DNA of 64,000 nucleotides from Thermoanaerobaculia bacterium. Lineage in GTDB: Bacteria; Acidobacteriota; Thermoanaerobaculia; UBA5066; Gp7-AA6. The notes beneath the pieces were generated by a model that had not been told where the DNA came from, did not search any database, and worked only from the letters and a program-made list of their open reading frames with translations. The translations under genes were made by a program, and so were the position numbers. Numbering within the stretch: position 1 is the first letter of the stretch; every line of letters starts with the position of its first letter. The stretch lies in assembly GCA_036505815.1 (NCBI GenBank), contig DASXSX010000006.1, positions 9,274 to 73,273 on the forward strand, written 5' to 3'. Shown one piece after another: positions 40,576 through 50,477 of this stretch.

Positions 40576-41913
40576 CTAGCTCGTTCCCTGGATGGCCCGG
40601 CGGAGCTTGCGGACGCCCTCGTCCGCCTCCTCGCGCGAAAGATTGAGAGGCGGCCGGAACCGGATCGCGCAGGCGCCCGAAGCGAGCGCCATCAGCCCGT
40701 TCTCGAGGCAGGCGGCGAGCGTGCGATCCCGCGTTTCCTTGTCCGGTAGGTCGAAGGCGATGAAGAGCCCGCGGCCGCGCGCGTTGGAGATCACGGGAAG
40801 CTCGGCCTCGAGCTCGCGCAGGCGCCCGAGCAGGTGCTCGCCGACGACGCGCGCGTTGTCGATCAGGTTTTCTTCGACGATGATCTCGAGGTACTTCGCG
40901 CACCGGACCATGTCGGCGAGGTTTCCTCCCCAGGTCGAGTTGATCCGCGAGGAGACGGAGAAAACGCTGTCGACGTCCTCGATCCGCCCGTTCGAGGCGA
41001 AGCCGCAGACTTGAGTTTTCTTTCCGAAGCAGAAGAGGTCGGGCTCGACTCCGGTCGGCTGCCACGCCCACATCGCGCCCGTCAGGCCCATGCCGGTCTG
41101 GACCTCGTCGAAGATGAGAAGGAACTCGAGCTCGTCGGCGAGACGGCGCAGCCGCGCGAAGAGCTCCGGACGGAAGTGGTTGTCGCCCCCCTCCCCCTGG
41201 ATCGGCTCGATGATGAGCGCCGCGATGTCTCCGGGGAACCGGGAGCAGGCGTCGCGGACTTCCTGCTCGACCTTCTCCTCGGCGGCCGCGGCGTCGCGGA
41301 GGATCTCCGCTGTGACGGGGAAGGAGAGCTTCGGGCACGTGAGGCGCGGCCAGTCGAACTTCGGAAAGTACTGCGTCTTGCGCGGGTCGGCGGTGTTCGT
41401 GAGCGAAATCGTGTAGCCCGATCGCCCGTGGAAGGCGTGGCGGAAGTGGAGGATCTGTTTGCCGCGCTCTTCCTCGATTCCGCGGGCGAAGTTCTTTCTC
41501 ACTTTCCAATCGAACGCGGTCTTGAGCGCGTTCTCGACCGCGAGCGATCCCCCCTCGACGAAGAAGAGGTGGCGATCGTGGCTGGGGGGGACCGCGAGCC
41601 GGGAGAAAGTGTCGACGAACTGGGCGTAGAGCGTCGTGTACGTATCGCTGTTCGTCGGCTTTCCGAGGGCGGCCTGGAGGAGGCACTCGCGGTACTCCGG
41701 ATCGGCGGTCTTCGGGTGGTTGTAGCCGACCGGATAAGTGGCGAAGTTCGTGAAGAAGTCGAGCAGCGCCCGGTTGCTCCGAGCGTCGTAGAGATAGGAG
41801 CCGTGGCTTCGCTCGACGTCCATAACGACGTGGTAGCCGTCCACGAGAATGTGACGCGAGAGGACGTTCACGACGTCCTCAGGAGAAAGCTCGGTCTTTG
41901 TCACAGTGGTCAT
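40576..41913 (-). CDS. lat: L-lysine 6-aminotransferase (lysine epsilon-aminotransferase; class III PLP aminotransferase).
   Basis: Near end-to-end similarity to actinobacterial Lat (e.g. ...LFFVEGGSLAVENALKTAFDWK...FHGRSGYTISLTNT...EPIQGEGGDNHFRPE...IFDEVQTG...FGKKTQVCG...STWGGNL...), 445 aa. Confidence 0.8.
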   Translation of the reverse strand: MTTVTKTELSPEDVVNVLSRHILVDGYHVVMDVERSHGSYLYDARSNRALLDFFTNFATYPVGYNHPKTADPEYRECLLQAALGKPTNSDTYTTLYAQFVDTFSRLAVPPSHDRHLFFVEGGSLAVENALKTAFDWKVRKNFARGIEEERGKQILHFRHAFHGRSGYTISLTNTADPRKTQYFPKFDWPRLTCPKLSFPVTAEILRDAAAAEEKVEQEVRDACSRFPGDIAALIIEPIQGEGGDNHFRPELFARLRRLADELEFLLIFDEVQTGMGLTGAMWAWQPTGVEPDLFCFGKKTQVCGFASNGRIEDVDSVFSVSSRINSTWGGNLADMVRCAKYLEIIVEENLIDNARVVGEHLLGRLRELEAELPVISNARGRGLFIAFDLPDKETRDRTLAACLENGLMALASGACAIRFRPPLNLSREEADEGVRKLRRAIQGTS

Positions 41914-41988
41914 CGATACCTCGAGCTGATCCGGAGAAACGCCATTCTACGGGTTCGAAGCTTCCGCGGATAGGGGAGAAGAGATTCC

Positions 41989-43164
41989 CTACGACAGCAT
42001 CGCGGCGGGGAAGTGCGTGTCTTCTTCCCTCGCCCCGATGCACCGGTCTTTGCCGAGCTGCTTCGCGCGGTAGAGGGCCGCGTCGGCCGACCGAAGGATC
42101 TCGTTCTTCTGCTGTTCGACGGAGGCGCCCGGTGTCGCGTGCGACCGGATCGAGGAAACCCCGAGGGACGCCGTCAGGACGCCGTGAAGGTTCAGGGCGG
42201 GATCGTTGAAACCGTACGGCCTCGAAAGAAAAGTCGAGGCGCGGATCGCGTTGCGGATCAAATGGGCGACTTCCATCCCCTCCTGCATGTCGTTACCCGG
42301 CAGGATGAGAACGAACTCGTCCCCGCCGTAGCGCGTCAGCGTCGCCCGCTCGTCGGTGACGGTCCGGCGCAAGAGATAACCGACCTCGCGCAGGACCTGG
42401 CTTCCCGCGAGGTGGCCGTGGCGGTCGTTGACCGACTTCAGGTTGTCGAGGTCGAGGAAGATCAGGCAAAGATCGCCGCCGTCCCGCGAGATTCGGGAGA
42501 GCTCCTGGGTGAGACGGAGATGGAGGTAACGCTCGTTGTACAGCCCGGTGAGCCCGTCGCGCTTGGCGACCTCGAAGGCGCGCCGCGCGTCGAGAAGGTT
42601 CTGAATCGAGATCGAGGCGTAGTCGGCGAAAATCTCGAGGAGGCGCCGATCCTTCTCGCGGAAACCGCCCGGCCCGATCTTGTTCACCAGCTCCAGCACG
42701 CCGCAGACCGCCGCCTCGATGCGGATCGGGACGCAAACGACCGAGCGCGTCTGGAAGTCGTCGGGCAGGTCGAGCGTCGGGTAGAAGTACGGGTCCTCGA
42801 GGACGTCGTCGGTCATGTACCCCGCGCCGGTCGCGTAGACGTGGCCGACGATGCCGACGCGCGCGTTCATCCGCTTGTTCAGCCGGGCTTCCGCACGCGC
42901 GCCATACGTCGCGATGAAGACGAGGTCGTTCTCCATCCGGTCGTCGGAGTTCTTGGTGATCGGGTCGTCGAGGAGGATCGAGCCCGCTTCGGACGGAACG
43001 AACTCGTTCGCCTTCTGCAGGATCTCCCGGAGGAACCGATCGATCTCGATCTCCCCGGTGTAGGCGTAGTAAGCCTTGTGCCGCTCGAGGAAGTTCTCGA
43101 GCCGGCGGTTCTCGAGGGTGTGGACTTGCAGCACGATTCGTCCGGAACCGACTGATTTTACCAT
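41989..43164 (-). CDS. GAF-domain-containing diguanylate cyclase (GGDEF).
   Basis: An N-terminal GAF followed by RYGGDEF in the GGDEF domain. Start placed at the ATG (MVKSVGSG...) at 43164. The upstream 24 codons are low-complexity and would collide with corA. Confidence 0.75.
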   Translation of the reverse strand: MVKSVGSGRIVLQVHTLENRRLENFLERHKAYYAYTGEIEIDRFLREILQKANEFVPSEAGSILLDDPITKNSDDRMENDLVFIATYGARAEARLNKRMNARVGIVGHVYATGAGYMTDDVLEDPYFYPTLDLPDDFQTRSVVCVPIRIEAAVCGVLELVNKIGPGGFREKDRRLLEIFADYASISIQNLLDARRAFEVAKRDGLTGLYNERYLHLRLTQELSRISRDGGDLCLIFLDLDNLKSVNDRHGHLAGSQVLREVGYLLRRTVTDERATLTRYGGDEFVLILPGNDMQEGMEVAHLIRNAIRASTFLSRPYGFNDPALNLHGVLTASLGVSSIRSHATPGASVEQQKNEILRSADAALYRAKQLGKDRCIGAREEDTHFPAAMLS

Positions 43165-43180
43165 CTGATACGCTCGATTC

Positions 43181-44230
43181 GTGGCGCTCCTCCGAGAGCT
43201 CGATCCCGGAGAGGTGGGATGGGCCGAACGCGTCAAACCGGCCGAGCGCCAGGCTCCTCGGGCGATCCTTTTTCACCCCCACGGCAGCCGTGAGGAGCTT
43301 CCCCTCAAGGGCTGCGCGACCCATTTGTCCGCAAAAGGCGGCTTTCTTTACGCCGACCTGCACGCTCCGAACGACCAAGAGCTCGAATCGCTCCAGCGGG
43401 AATTCCACTTCCACCCCCTGGCGATCGAGGACGTGCGGACCCGGCACCAGCGCCCCAAGATCGACATCTACGGCGACCAGTACTTCCTGGTCTTCTACCG
43501 GATCGGGCCGAGCGCCGAACACGACGGCGACTGGGTCCTGCAGGAGCTCGACTTCTTCATCGGCCCGAACTTCCTGATCGTCACCCACGATTCCCGGGTC
43601 GAATTGCTCAACAAGATCTTCGATCGCTTCGGCCGTGAGGAAGGCAAAAAAGACGTCTCCGGCCTCCTCTACGACATCCTGGACACGCTCGTCGACGACT
43701 ATTTCCTTTTTTTGGACGACCTGGGCGAGCGGTCTCAGCAGATCGAGGACCAGATTTTCGAGCACTACGACCAGGTCCATCTCGAGCGGCTGCTGGCTTT
43801 GAAGAAAGACCTCGCGCTCCTGCGGCGGGTCGCGGCTCCGGAACGGGACGCCGTCAACGTCCTCTTGAGAAGGGACCCTCCGATCCTCGACGCCGCGCGC
43901 ATCTTCTATTTCCAGGACATCTACGACCACCTGATCCGGATCGCCGACTCGATCGACACCTACCGCGAGCTCGCGACGGGGACGCTCGATGCCTTTCTCT
44001 CAGTCCAGAACAACCAGCTCTCCGAGGTGGTCCGCAAGCTCACGATCATCTCGACCGCGTTTCTGCCGCTCATGCTCGTCACGAGCTTCTTCGGGATGAA
44101 TTTTGGGAGGCTGGCCGGCGCGAAGGACAGTCTCTTCGTGCAGGGTATGGCGTTCATGACCGCGTTCGAGATCGCCATCCTCTGGTTCTTGTGGTGGTGG
44201 GGAATTCTGGGGCACCGGAGACGCGAGTGA
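43181..44230 (+). CDS. corA: CorA-family Mg2+/Co2+ transporter.
   Basis: C-terminal ...FLPLMLVTSFFGMNFG... with two TM helices and a GMN motif. GTG start. Confidence 0.8.
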   Translation: MALLRELDPGEVGWAERVKPAERQAPRAILFHPHGSREELPLKGCATHLSAKGGFLYADLHAPNDQELESLQREFHFHPLAIEDVRTRHQRPKIDIYGDQYFLVFYRIGPSAEHDGDWVLQELDFFIGPNFLIVTHDSRVELLNKIFDRFGREEGKKDVSGLLYDILDTLVDDYFLFLDDLGERSQQIEDQIFEHYDQVHLERLLALKKDLALLRRVAAPERDAVNVLLRRDPPILDAARIFYFQDIYDHLIRIADSIDTYRELATGTLDAFLSVQNNQLSEVVRKLTIISTAFLPLMLVTSFFGMNFGRLAGAKDSLFVQGMAFMTAFEIAILWFLWWWGILGHRRRE

Positions 44231-45024
44231 TCCCGGCGCGCAAGCGCTGGGGCCAGCACTTCCTCATTCGCTCCGAAACCGCGGTTCGCATCGTGGAGGC
44301 GGCGGGGATCGGGCCCGCCGATACGGTTATCGAAGTCGGGCCCGGCGACGGCGCCCTGACGCGTCCGCTGGCGGATCGAGCCGACCGCCTCCTGGCGATC
44401 GAGATCGACCCGCTTCGGGCCGATGCGCTCGAGCGCGAGTTCTCCGGACGCCCGAAGGTTCGGGTTCGTCGAGGCGACGTCCTGGAAAAGCCGTTTGCGA
44501 GCTGGCTCGCGGAAGAGGAATGGCGTCCTCCCGCGGTGCTGGTCTCCAACCTTCCCTTCAACGCCGCGACGCCGATCCTGCTCTCCGCGATCGAGGAGGA
44601 AGACGCGATCTCCCGCGCGGTCGCGACCGTGCAGAAGGAGGTTGCGCAGCGGTTCGCCGCGATCCCCGGAGCCGACGCTTACGGGTATCTCTCGGTGCGC
44701 GCCGCGGCGTTTGCCCGGGCGCGCGTTCTCTTCGACCTGCCGGCCGGCGCTTTTCGTCCGCGACCGAAGGTGACGTCGAGCGTCCTCGAGCTCGTCCCCC
44801 GTCCGGAGTGGATCGATCCGAAGTTGCGCGCCCGCGCGCTCGGCCTCGCCTCGCTCGCTTTTCGCTTCCGGCGCAAGACCGTCGGAAACGCGCTCTCCTC
44901 CGCCGTGGACCGGAGTCGCGTCGAACGCGAGCTCGCGGCCCTCGGCCGTGACCCCCGCGTTCGCGCCGAGGAGCTGTCTCTGGACGATTACGTGGCGCTC
45001 GCGGAGCGACTCGACGCGGCATGA
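44227..45024 (+). CDS. rsmA: 16S rRNA (adenine1518/1519-N6)-dimethyltransferase.
   Basis: KRWGQHFL..., EVGPGDGALT, NLPFNAATPIL. GTG at 44227 overlaps the corA stop (GTGA). Confidence 0.85.
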   Translation: MIPARKRWGQHFLIRSETAVRIVEAAGIGPADTVIEVGPGDGALTRPLADRADRLLAIEIDPLRADALEREFSGRPKVRVRRGDVLEKPFASWLAEEEWRPPAVLVSNLPFNAATPILLSAIEEEDAISRAVATVQKEVAQRFAAIPGADAYGYLSVRAAAFARARVLFDLPAGAFRPRPKVTSSVLELVPRPEWIDPKLRARALGLASLAFRFRRKTVGNALSSAVDRSRVERELAALGRDPRVRAEELSLDDYVALAERLDAA

Positions 45025-46640
45025 CGAACGGCTCGGAAATCTCGCTCGTCGCGCTCGGCGGCCTGGGAGAGTTCGGCCGCAACGTGCTCTGGCTCTCGTG
45101 CGGCGGCTCGAACGTCGTTCTGGACGTCGGAGTCTCTTTTCCCGACGAGACTTTTCCAGGAATCGATCGGATCGCCCCTGACCTCTCGCCTCTCCGGGGC
45201 GTTCGGATCGACGCCATCCTCCTGACCCACGGCCACGAAGATCACGTGGGAGCGCTTCCGCTCCTCTCGGAGTGGTGCGACGCGCCGGTCTACGGCCTTC
45301 CCTTCACGCTGGCGCTCGCCCGGCGCCGGCTGGAGGAGGCGGGGCTTTCCGCAGACCGTCTGGTCGAGGGTCGGCGCGGAGAGACGGTCGGCGCGGGAAA
45401 CTTCCGGTTTACTTTCTTCCGGGTCTCACACTCCGTTCCGGATTCCGCGGCCATCCTGTTGGAAACCGACGAGTGGAAGATCTTCCACTCCGGAGACTTC
45501 AAGCTCGATCCCGATCCGCCCGACGGCGAGGCGACCGACGTCGAGGGAATCGCGCGAGCCGCCGCCGGAGGAGTCGATCTCGCTCTCGTGGACTCGACGA
45601 ACGCCGAGCGGCCCGGGCGCGCTCTCTCCGAGAGAATCGCTGGGAGAGGGCTCGCGGCCGCGTTCGAAGCCGCGCCCCGCCGGATCATCCTGACGACGTT
45701 CTCGAGCCACGTCGCGAGGGTCTCCCAGGCCGTGGACGCGGCGATGGCCAACGGACGGGGCGTCGCGATGCTGGGTCGGAGCATGCGCACGGTCGCGGAG
45801 ATCGCGGAGCGCTTCGGGCGTCTCCGAATCCCGGCGGCCTCCCGGATCCTCCCGGGGGAGCTCCAGGAAACCCCGGCCGGCCGCGTTCTCTGTCTGACCT
45901 CCGGAAGTCAGGGCGAGCCCTTCTCGGCGCTCTACCGCCTCGCGCTCGACGAGCACGCGGACTTGAAGCTTGGTCGCGAGGACCTCGTGCTCTTTTCTTC
46001 TCGAACGATCCCGGGCCACGAGCGCTCCGTGAACCGGGTCACCGATCACCTCGTGCGGCGCGGCGCTCGGGTGTTGCGCGAAGCAGATCCCCCGATTCAC
46101 GTCTCGGGCCACGCGCACCGCGAGGATCTCGCCGACTGGCTCGCGCTGGTCAAGCCCCGCGCCGTTCTTCCCGTCCACGGCGAGGTCCGGATGCTCGCCG
46201 CCGCGGCGGACATAGCCCGGGACTCCGGGATTCTCGGCGATCGGGTGCCGCTCCTCGACAACGGCGACCGGCTGACGCTGACTTCCGGAGGAATCCGCGT
46301 CGAGCGCGGCGCCGTCGCGACCGGCAAGATCTTCCTCGACTCGCGTCCGGAGGCGGTCGACCTCGAGGTCGTGCAGGATCGCCGCCGCCTGGCCGAGGAG
46401 GGGTTCGTCGTCATCCTCGTACACGAACGGGACGTCGTGGTCGTCTCGCGGGGCGTCGCCCGCGGCCAGGCGGGCCTCACGGGCGAGGTCACCCGAGTCG
46501 CCAGGGAAGTCCTCGACCGGGCAAGCGCGGAAGAGCGGTCGGATGCCGAGTGGCTGCGCGCGGAGATCGCTCTGGCGGCCAAGCGCGCCTGCCGGCGCGA
46601 GTTCGGAATCCGACCGGTGATCGTGCCGGTGGTGGTCTGA
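45021..46640 (+). CDS. rnj: Ribonuclease J (metallo-beta-lactamase/beta-CASP RNase).
   Basis: LLTHGHEDHVGALP, beta-CASP motifs, 539 aa. ATG overlaps the rsmA stop (ATGA). Confidence 0.85.
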   Translation: MTNGSEISLVALGGLGEFGRNVLWLSCGGSNVVLDVGVSFPDETFPGIDRIAPDLSPLRGVRIDAILLTHGHEDHVGALPLLSEWCDAPVYGLPFTLALARRRLEEAGLSADRLVEGRRGETVGAGNFRFTFFRVSHSVPDSAAILLETDEWKIFHSGDFKLDPDPPDGEATDVEGIARAAAGGVDLALVDSTNAERPGRALSERIAGRGLAAAFEAAPRRIILTTFSSHVARVSQAVDAAMANGRGVAMLGRSMRTVAEIAERFGRLRIPAASRILPGELQETPAGRVLCLTSGSQGEPFSALYRLALDEHADLKLGREDLVLFSSRTIPGHERSVNRVTDHLVRRGARVLREADPPIHVSGHAHREDLADWLALVKPRAVLPVHGEVRMLAAAADIARDSGILGDRVPLLDNGDRLTLTSGGIRVERGAVATGKIFLDSRPEAVDLEVVQDRRRLAEEGFVVILVHERDVVVVSRGVARGQAGLTGEVTRVAREVLDRASAEERSDAEWLRAEIALAAKRACRREFGIRPVIVPVVV

Positions 46641-46653
46641 CAGGAAGAGAGCA

Positions 46654-47466
46654 ATGACGTGGCTCGAGGCGTGCCTGCTCGGCGTCATCCAGGGATTGAC
46701 GGAGTTCCTCCCGGTCTCCTCCGATGGGCACCTTTCGGCCGCCGAGATGCTCCTGCCCGGTTTTGCGCAGGTCGGCGTCCTCTTCGACGTGATGGTTCAC
46801 GTCGGAACGCTCGTGGCGGTCGTCGTCTTCTTCCGCAAGACGCTCGCCGAGGACGTCGGGGGACTCTTCTCCCGCAAAGCGGCACGGAGGGCCGAGTCGT
46901 GGAAGCTCGCCGTTCTCGTCATCGCGGGAACGATCCCGACCGGAATCGTCGGACTCCTGTTGAAGCAGGTCGTCGAGGAAACGAAGACGGACCCGAAATT
47001 CGTCGGGTCGATGGAGATTCTGACCGGCCTCTTCCTGATGATGTCCCTCTTCGCACGCGAACGGGGTCGCGATCGCGCGTCCACCACTGTCTGGGATGCG
47101 ATCCTGATCGGGATCCTCCAGGGTCTTGCCGTTCTGCCCGGGCTTTCCCGATCCGCGTCGACGATTGCGTTCGCCCTCCTCGTTGGTCTCGCGCGCCGCT
47201 GGGCGGTGACCTTTTCTTTTCTCCTCCTGCTGCCCGCCGTCGTCGGAGCGTCGTTCCTCGAGATTTACGGCGCCTGGGAGGAGAAGGGCGCATCCTTCTT
47301 CACCGGGCCTGACTTCGCGAAATACATCGGAGGCGCCGCGATCGCCGGTATCGTCGGCTATTTCGCGATCGGGTGGCTGATTCGCGCCGTGGTCGCGAAG
47401 CGCCTCCACTGGTTCGCGATCTACTGCATCCTCTTCGGCCTGGCGCTGATCTTTTTCGTCCGCTGA
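46654..47466 (+). CDS. uppP: Undecaprenyl-diphosphatase (BacA/UppP).
   Basis: GLTEFLPVSSDGHL...PGLSRSASTI..., 270 aa, 8 TM helices. Confidence 0.9.
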   Translation: MTWLEACLLGVIQGLTEFLPVSSDGHLSAAEMLLPGFAQVGVLFDVMVHVGTLVAVVVFFRKTLAEDVGGLFSRKAARRAESWKLAVLVIAGTIPTGIVGLLLKQVVEETKTDPKFVGSMEILTGLFLMMSLFARERGRDRASTTVWDAILIGILQGLAVLPGLSRSASTIAFALLVGLARRWAVTFSFLLLLPAVVGASFLEIYGAWEEKGASFFTGPDFAKYIGGAAIAGIVGYFAIGWLIRAVVAKRLHWFAIYCILFGLALIFFVR

Positions 47467-47476
47467 TCGCGGGGCC

Positions 47477-47701
47477 TCAGCGCATCAGGCTTCGTCGGTT
47501 CCAGCGCTGCGCGTGGCGGCTCGCCAGGCGGATCACGCCGTAGAGCATGAGGCAGCAGAGAAACGCGAGCGCGAGACCGGCGTCGAACCGGAAAGGCTGG
47601 TGCTGGAGCGCGGGGGGAAGTTCCGGAAACAGCACGAGGAAGTACATCGCGTTGCCGATCAGGATTGCCGCCAGATACTCGATCCAGCGTCGCGGCGTCA
47701 T
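47477..47701 (-). CDS. Small hypothetical membrane protein of ~74 aa.
   Basis: Internal ATG (MTPRRWIEYLAAILIGNAMYFLVLFPELPP...) 10 nt downstream of the radical-SAM gene stop, with two predicted TM helices. The ORF-track N-terminus is Arg-rich. Confidence 0.35.
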   Translation of the reverse strand: MTPRRWIEYLAAILIGNAMYFLVLFPELPPALQHQPFRFDAGLALAFLCCLMLYGVIRLASRHAQRWNRRSLMR

Positions 47702-47711
47702 GTCCCGGAGT

Positions 47712-48767
47712 CTATCCCCGGGACGCCGGACTGAAGAGCTCTCCCTGCGTCGATGGGCGGCGAAACGGCGAAGTCTCTCGGAGAGAGTCAACCTCGTCCG
47801 AGTGGTCGTGCCCGGCGTTCAGACCGAGCCGCCGGCATTCGACCTCGAAGAGAGTTTCGATCGCGCCCCACCGCGGGCCGCGTCCGATCATGCGGTCGTG
47901 AAAGCGCGCCTCGTTTCGTCGGCCGCCGCGCATCTCCTCGATGGCATTCCAGATCTTCCGCGCGCGGTCGGGAAAGGCCTCCGCGAGCCGCTCCTCGAAC
48001 ACCGGAAGAGTCTGCCCCGAAAGTCGGATCAGGACGAGAAAAGCGTTCTGCGCGCCGGCGGCCCGCGCGCGTTGGAGCAGCGGCGCGATGTGACTGTCGT
48101 TCAAACCCGGGATGACCGGCGCGATGCCGACACCGGTCTCGATCCCGGCGTCGGAGAGCATCCGGAGCGTCTCGAAGCGCTGGGAGGGGAGGCTCGCCCC
48201 GGGCTCGACAGCGCGGCCTGACGCGTCGTCGGCGAAGGGGATGGAGAGCGACACCGAGACCTTCGTCTCGCGCGACATCGCGGCGAGCAGCGGGATGTCC
48301 CGCCGGATGAGGGCGCCTTTCGTGATCATTCCGATCGGATTGCGGAACTCGCGGCAGACCTCGAGGGACTTTCGCGTGAGGTGATAGACCGCCTCGAGCG
48401 GCTGATAGCAATCGGTGTTGCCGGAGAACGCGATGACCTCGCCCTTCCAGGAGGGTCGGAGAAACTCCTCGCGAAGGCGCTCGGCAATGTTGGTCTTGAC
48501 GACGATCTTGCGGTCGAAGTCGGTGCCGGCGCCGAAGCCGAGGTACTGGTGGCTCGAGCGAGCGTAGCAATACGAGCACGCATGAAAGCATCCGCGGTAC
48601 GGATTGAGGCTCCAGCGAAAGCCGACGTCGGGGCTCTCGTTCTCGGCGAGCGCGCTCTTCGCCTCTTCCTCGTAGACCTCGAGCTCGGCCGGCGGAGGCT
48701 CACCGAGCCACTCGACAGAGGTCTCGGCCCAGGGATTCGGGGGATTCGAGACGCGTCGCACCGTCAC
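47712..48767 (-). CDS. Radical SAM protein, SplB-like (COG1533, spore-photoproduct-lyase / DNA-repair-photolyase family).
   Basis: A CxxxCxxC cluster (RGCFHACSYCYAR) and the overall SplB-like layout. 351 aa. Confidence 0.7.
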   Translation of the reverse strand: MTVRRVSNPPNPWAETSVEWLGEPPPAELEVYEEEAKSALAENESPDVGFRWSLNPYRGCFHACSYCYARSSHQYLGFGAGTDFDRKIVVKTNIAERLREEFLRPSWKGEVIAFSGNTDCYQPLEAVYHLTRKSLEVCREFRNPIGMITKGALIRRDIPLLAAMSRETKVSVSLSIPFADDASGRAVEPGASLPSQRFETLRMLSDAGIETGVGIAPVIPGLNDSHIAPLLQRARAAGAQNAFLVLIRLSGQTLPVFEERLAEAFPDRARKIWNAIEEMRGGRRNEARFHDRMIGRGPRWGAIETLFEVECRRLGLNAGHDHSDEVDSLRETSPFRRPSTQGELFSPASRG

Positions 48768-48835
48768 CGGCCGAGCGTAGCAGTTACGCCTTCTTTACGC
48801 CATAGCCTGGAGTTGTGGACCCAGGCGAGCGTCGC

Positions 48836-49861
48836 TCATCCATAGAAGACTTCCGCGACCTCGAGCAGCTGGGGGTCCACGGTCTTCAGGCTGCCCACGG
48901 CTTCGACCAGCGGGACGCGCACGACCTTGCCTCCCCGCAACGCGACCATCTGGCCGAAGGCGCCGTCGTGGACGGCGTCGATGGCCGCGATTCCGAAGCG
49001 CGTCGCGAGGACTCGGTCGAATGCGGTCGGCGTCCCGCCTCTCTGAACGTACCCGAGCACCGTCACTCGGGTGTCGAACCCCGTCCTCTGCCGGATCTCG
49101 CGCGCGAGCACGTCTCCGATGCCTCCGAGCCGGACGTGCCCGAACTCGTCGACTTCGCCCGACTGCACGACCATCGAGCCTTCTTTCGGCTGTGCGCCCT
49201 CCGCGACGACGACAATCGAAGCGTACCGGCCCTTCTCGTGCCTTTGAAGCAGGCTTTCGCAGACTTCGTCGACGTCGAACGGCCGCTCCGGCACGAGGAT
49301 GTACGCGGCGCCGCCTGCGATTCCGGCGTAGGTCGCGATCCAGCCGGCGTGCCGGCCCATGACCTCGCAGACCAGAACGCGGTTGTGGGATTCCGCGGTC
49401 GTGTGGAGCCGGTCGATCGCATCGACGGCGATTTGAACGGCGGTTTCGAAGCCGAAAGTCACCTCGGTGCCGGAGAGGTCGTTGTCGATCGTCTTCGGCA
49501 CGCCGACCACCGACACTTGACGGACCAGCTTATGGGCTACGCCGAGCGTATCTTCGCCGCCGATCGCGATCAGAGCGTCGATACGGAGCCGGGCGATCGT
49601 CGCTCCCATCCGCTCGGGCCCGCCTTCCACCTTGAAGGGATTCGTTCGGGAGGTCCCGAGGATCGTGCCACCGCGCGGCAGGATCCCCCGCGTTCCTTCC
49701 GAGGAGAGCGGGACGACCGTTCCCTCGATGACGCCGCGCCATCCGTCGGCGAATCCCGTGATTTCATCGCCGTAAGTCTTCTCGCCTTTGCGAACGATCG
49801 CGCGGATCACCGCGTTCAAGCCCGGTGCGTCTCCTCCTCCGGTGAGAATCCCGACCCGCAT
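48836..49861 (-). CDS. pfkA: 6-phosphofructokinase (group with GGED in place of GGDGS; possibly PPi-dependent or actinobacterial-type).
   Basis: MRVGILTGGGDAPGLNAVIRA..., IGGEDTLGVA..., GVPKTIDNDL, MGR. ATG at 49861 preceded by AAGGAGGG. Confidence 0.85.
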   Translation of the reverse strand: MRVGILTGGGDAPGLNAVIRAIVRKGEKTYGDEITGFADGWRGVIEGTVVPLSSEGTRGILPRGGTILGTSRTNPFKVEGGPERMGATIARLRIDALIAIGGEDTLGVAHKLVRQVSVVGVPKTIDNDLSGTEVTFGFETAVQIAVDAIDRLHTTAESHNRVLVCEVMGRHAGWIATYAGIAGGAAYILVPERPFDVDEVCESLLQRHEKGRYASIVVVAEGAQPKEGSMVVQSGEVDEFGHVRLGGIGDVLAREIRQRTGFDTRVTVLGYVQRGGTPTAFDRVLATRFGIAAIDAVHDGAFGQMVALRGGKVVRVPLVEAVGSLKTVDPQLLEVAEVFYG

Positions 49862-49948
49862 ACCCCGTCCCTCCTTCGCCCGTTCGGTGCGATACGGCAG
49901 GACTCTAGTCTCGCTCCTGGACACGGGAAGCCGCGCGAGGCGCGCCCC

Positions 49949-50401
49949 TCACCCGAGTGCCCTCGGAGAGGGAGCGGGAGAAGCCAGGGAAGCCGCCAGA
50001 GCATCGATCCGGCGACGCAGGTCGTCCCGGGTTTCCCGGAACCGCTCGAGGCGAACTTCCGGATCCGCCCAGGAAGGGTCCTCGATCGACCAGTGCTCGA
50101 GCCGCTTCGCGTTGGGCCAGACGGGGCAGTCCTGCGCTGCGGAATCGCAGACGGTGACTACGGCGTCGAAGGAAACTTCGGCAAAGTCCGCTGCGCTCTT
50201 GGTGTAGGCGCCATCCATCGGGATCCCGAGCTCTTCGATCGCGGCGATCGCCAGGTGATGGACGAGCTCCGCCGGCCGGGATCCCGCCGAAAAGGGGTCG
50301 ATCACGTCTCCGTGATCCGCCCGCGCGAGCGCTTCCGCCATCTGGCTCCGCGCCGCGTTGCCGGTGCAGAGGAAGAGCACTTTCTTCGGCGCCACGCTCA
50401 T
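49949..50401 (-). CDS. arsC: Arsenate reductase, thioredoxin-coupled LMW-PTPase family.
   Basis: CX5R P-loop (LCTGNAARSQMAE) plus the Cys82/Cys89-like pair (VCDSAAQDCP). Confidence 0.7.
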   Translation of the reverse strand: MSVAPKKVLFLCTGNAARSQMAEALARADHGDVIDPFSAGSRPAELVHHLAIAAIEELGIPMDGAYTKSAADFAEVSFDAVVTVCDSAAQDCPVWPNAKRLEHWSIEDPSWADPEVRLERFRETRDDLRRRIDALAASLASPAPSPRALG

Positions 50402-50477
50402 CAGCTCCGAAGCATAAAGCCTCGTTTCGCGAAGTCGGCGTACTCTTCGCGCCGTTTCCGTCCGATAATGGAGCGAC

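Noticed and set aside
43165-43236. Upstream start (43236) for the GAF-GGDEF gene
   Set aside because: The 24 extra codons (MTRSAHPTSPGSSSRRSATNRAYQ) are low-complexity, and that start would overlap the divergently transcribed corA start. The ATG at 43164 is preferred.
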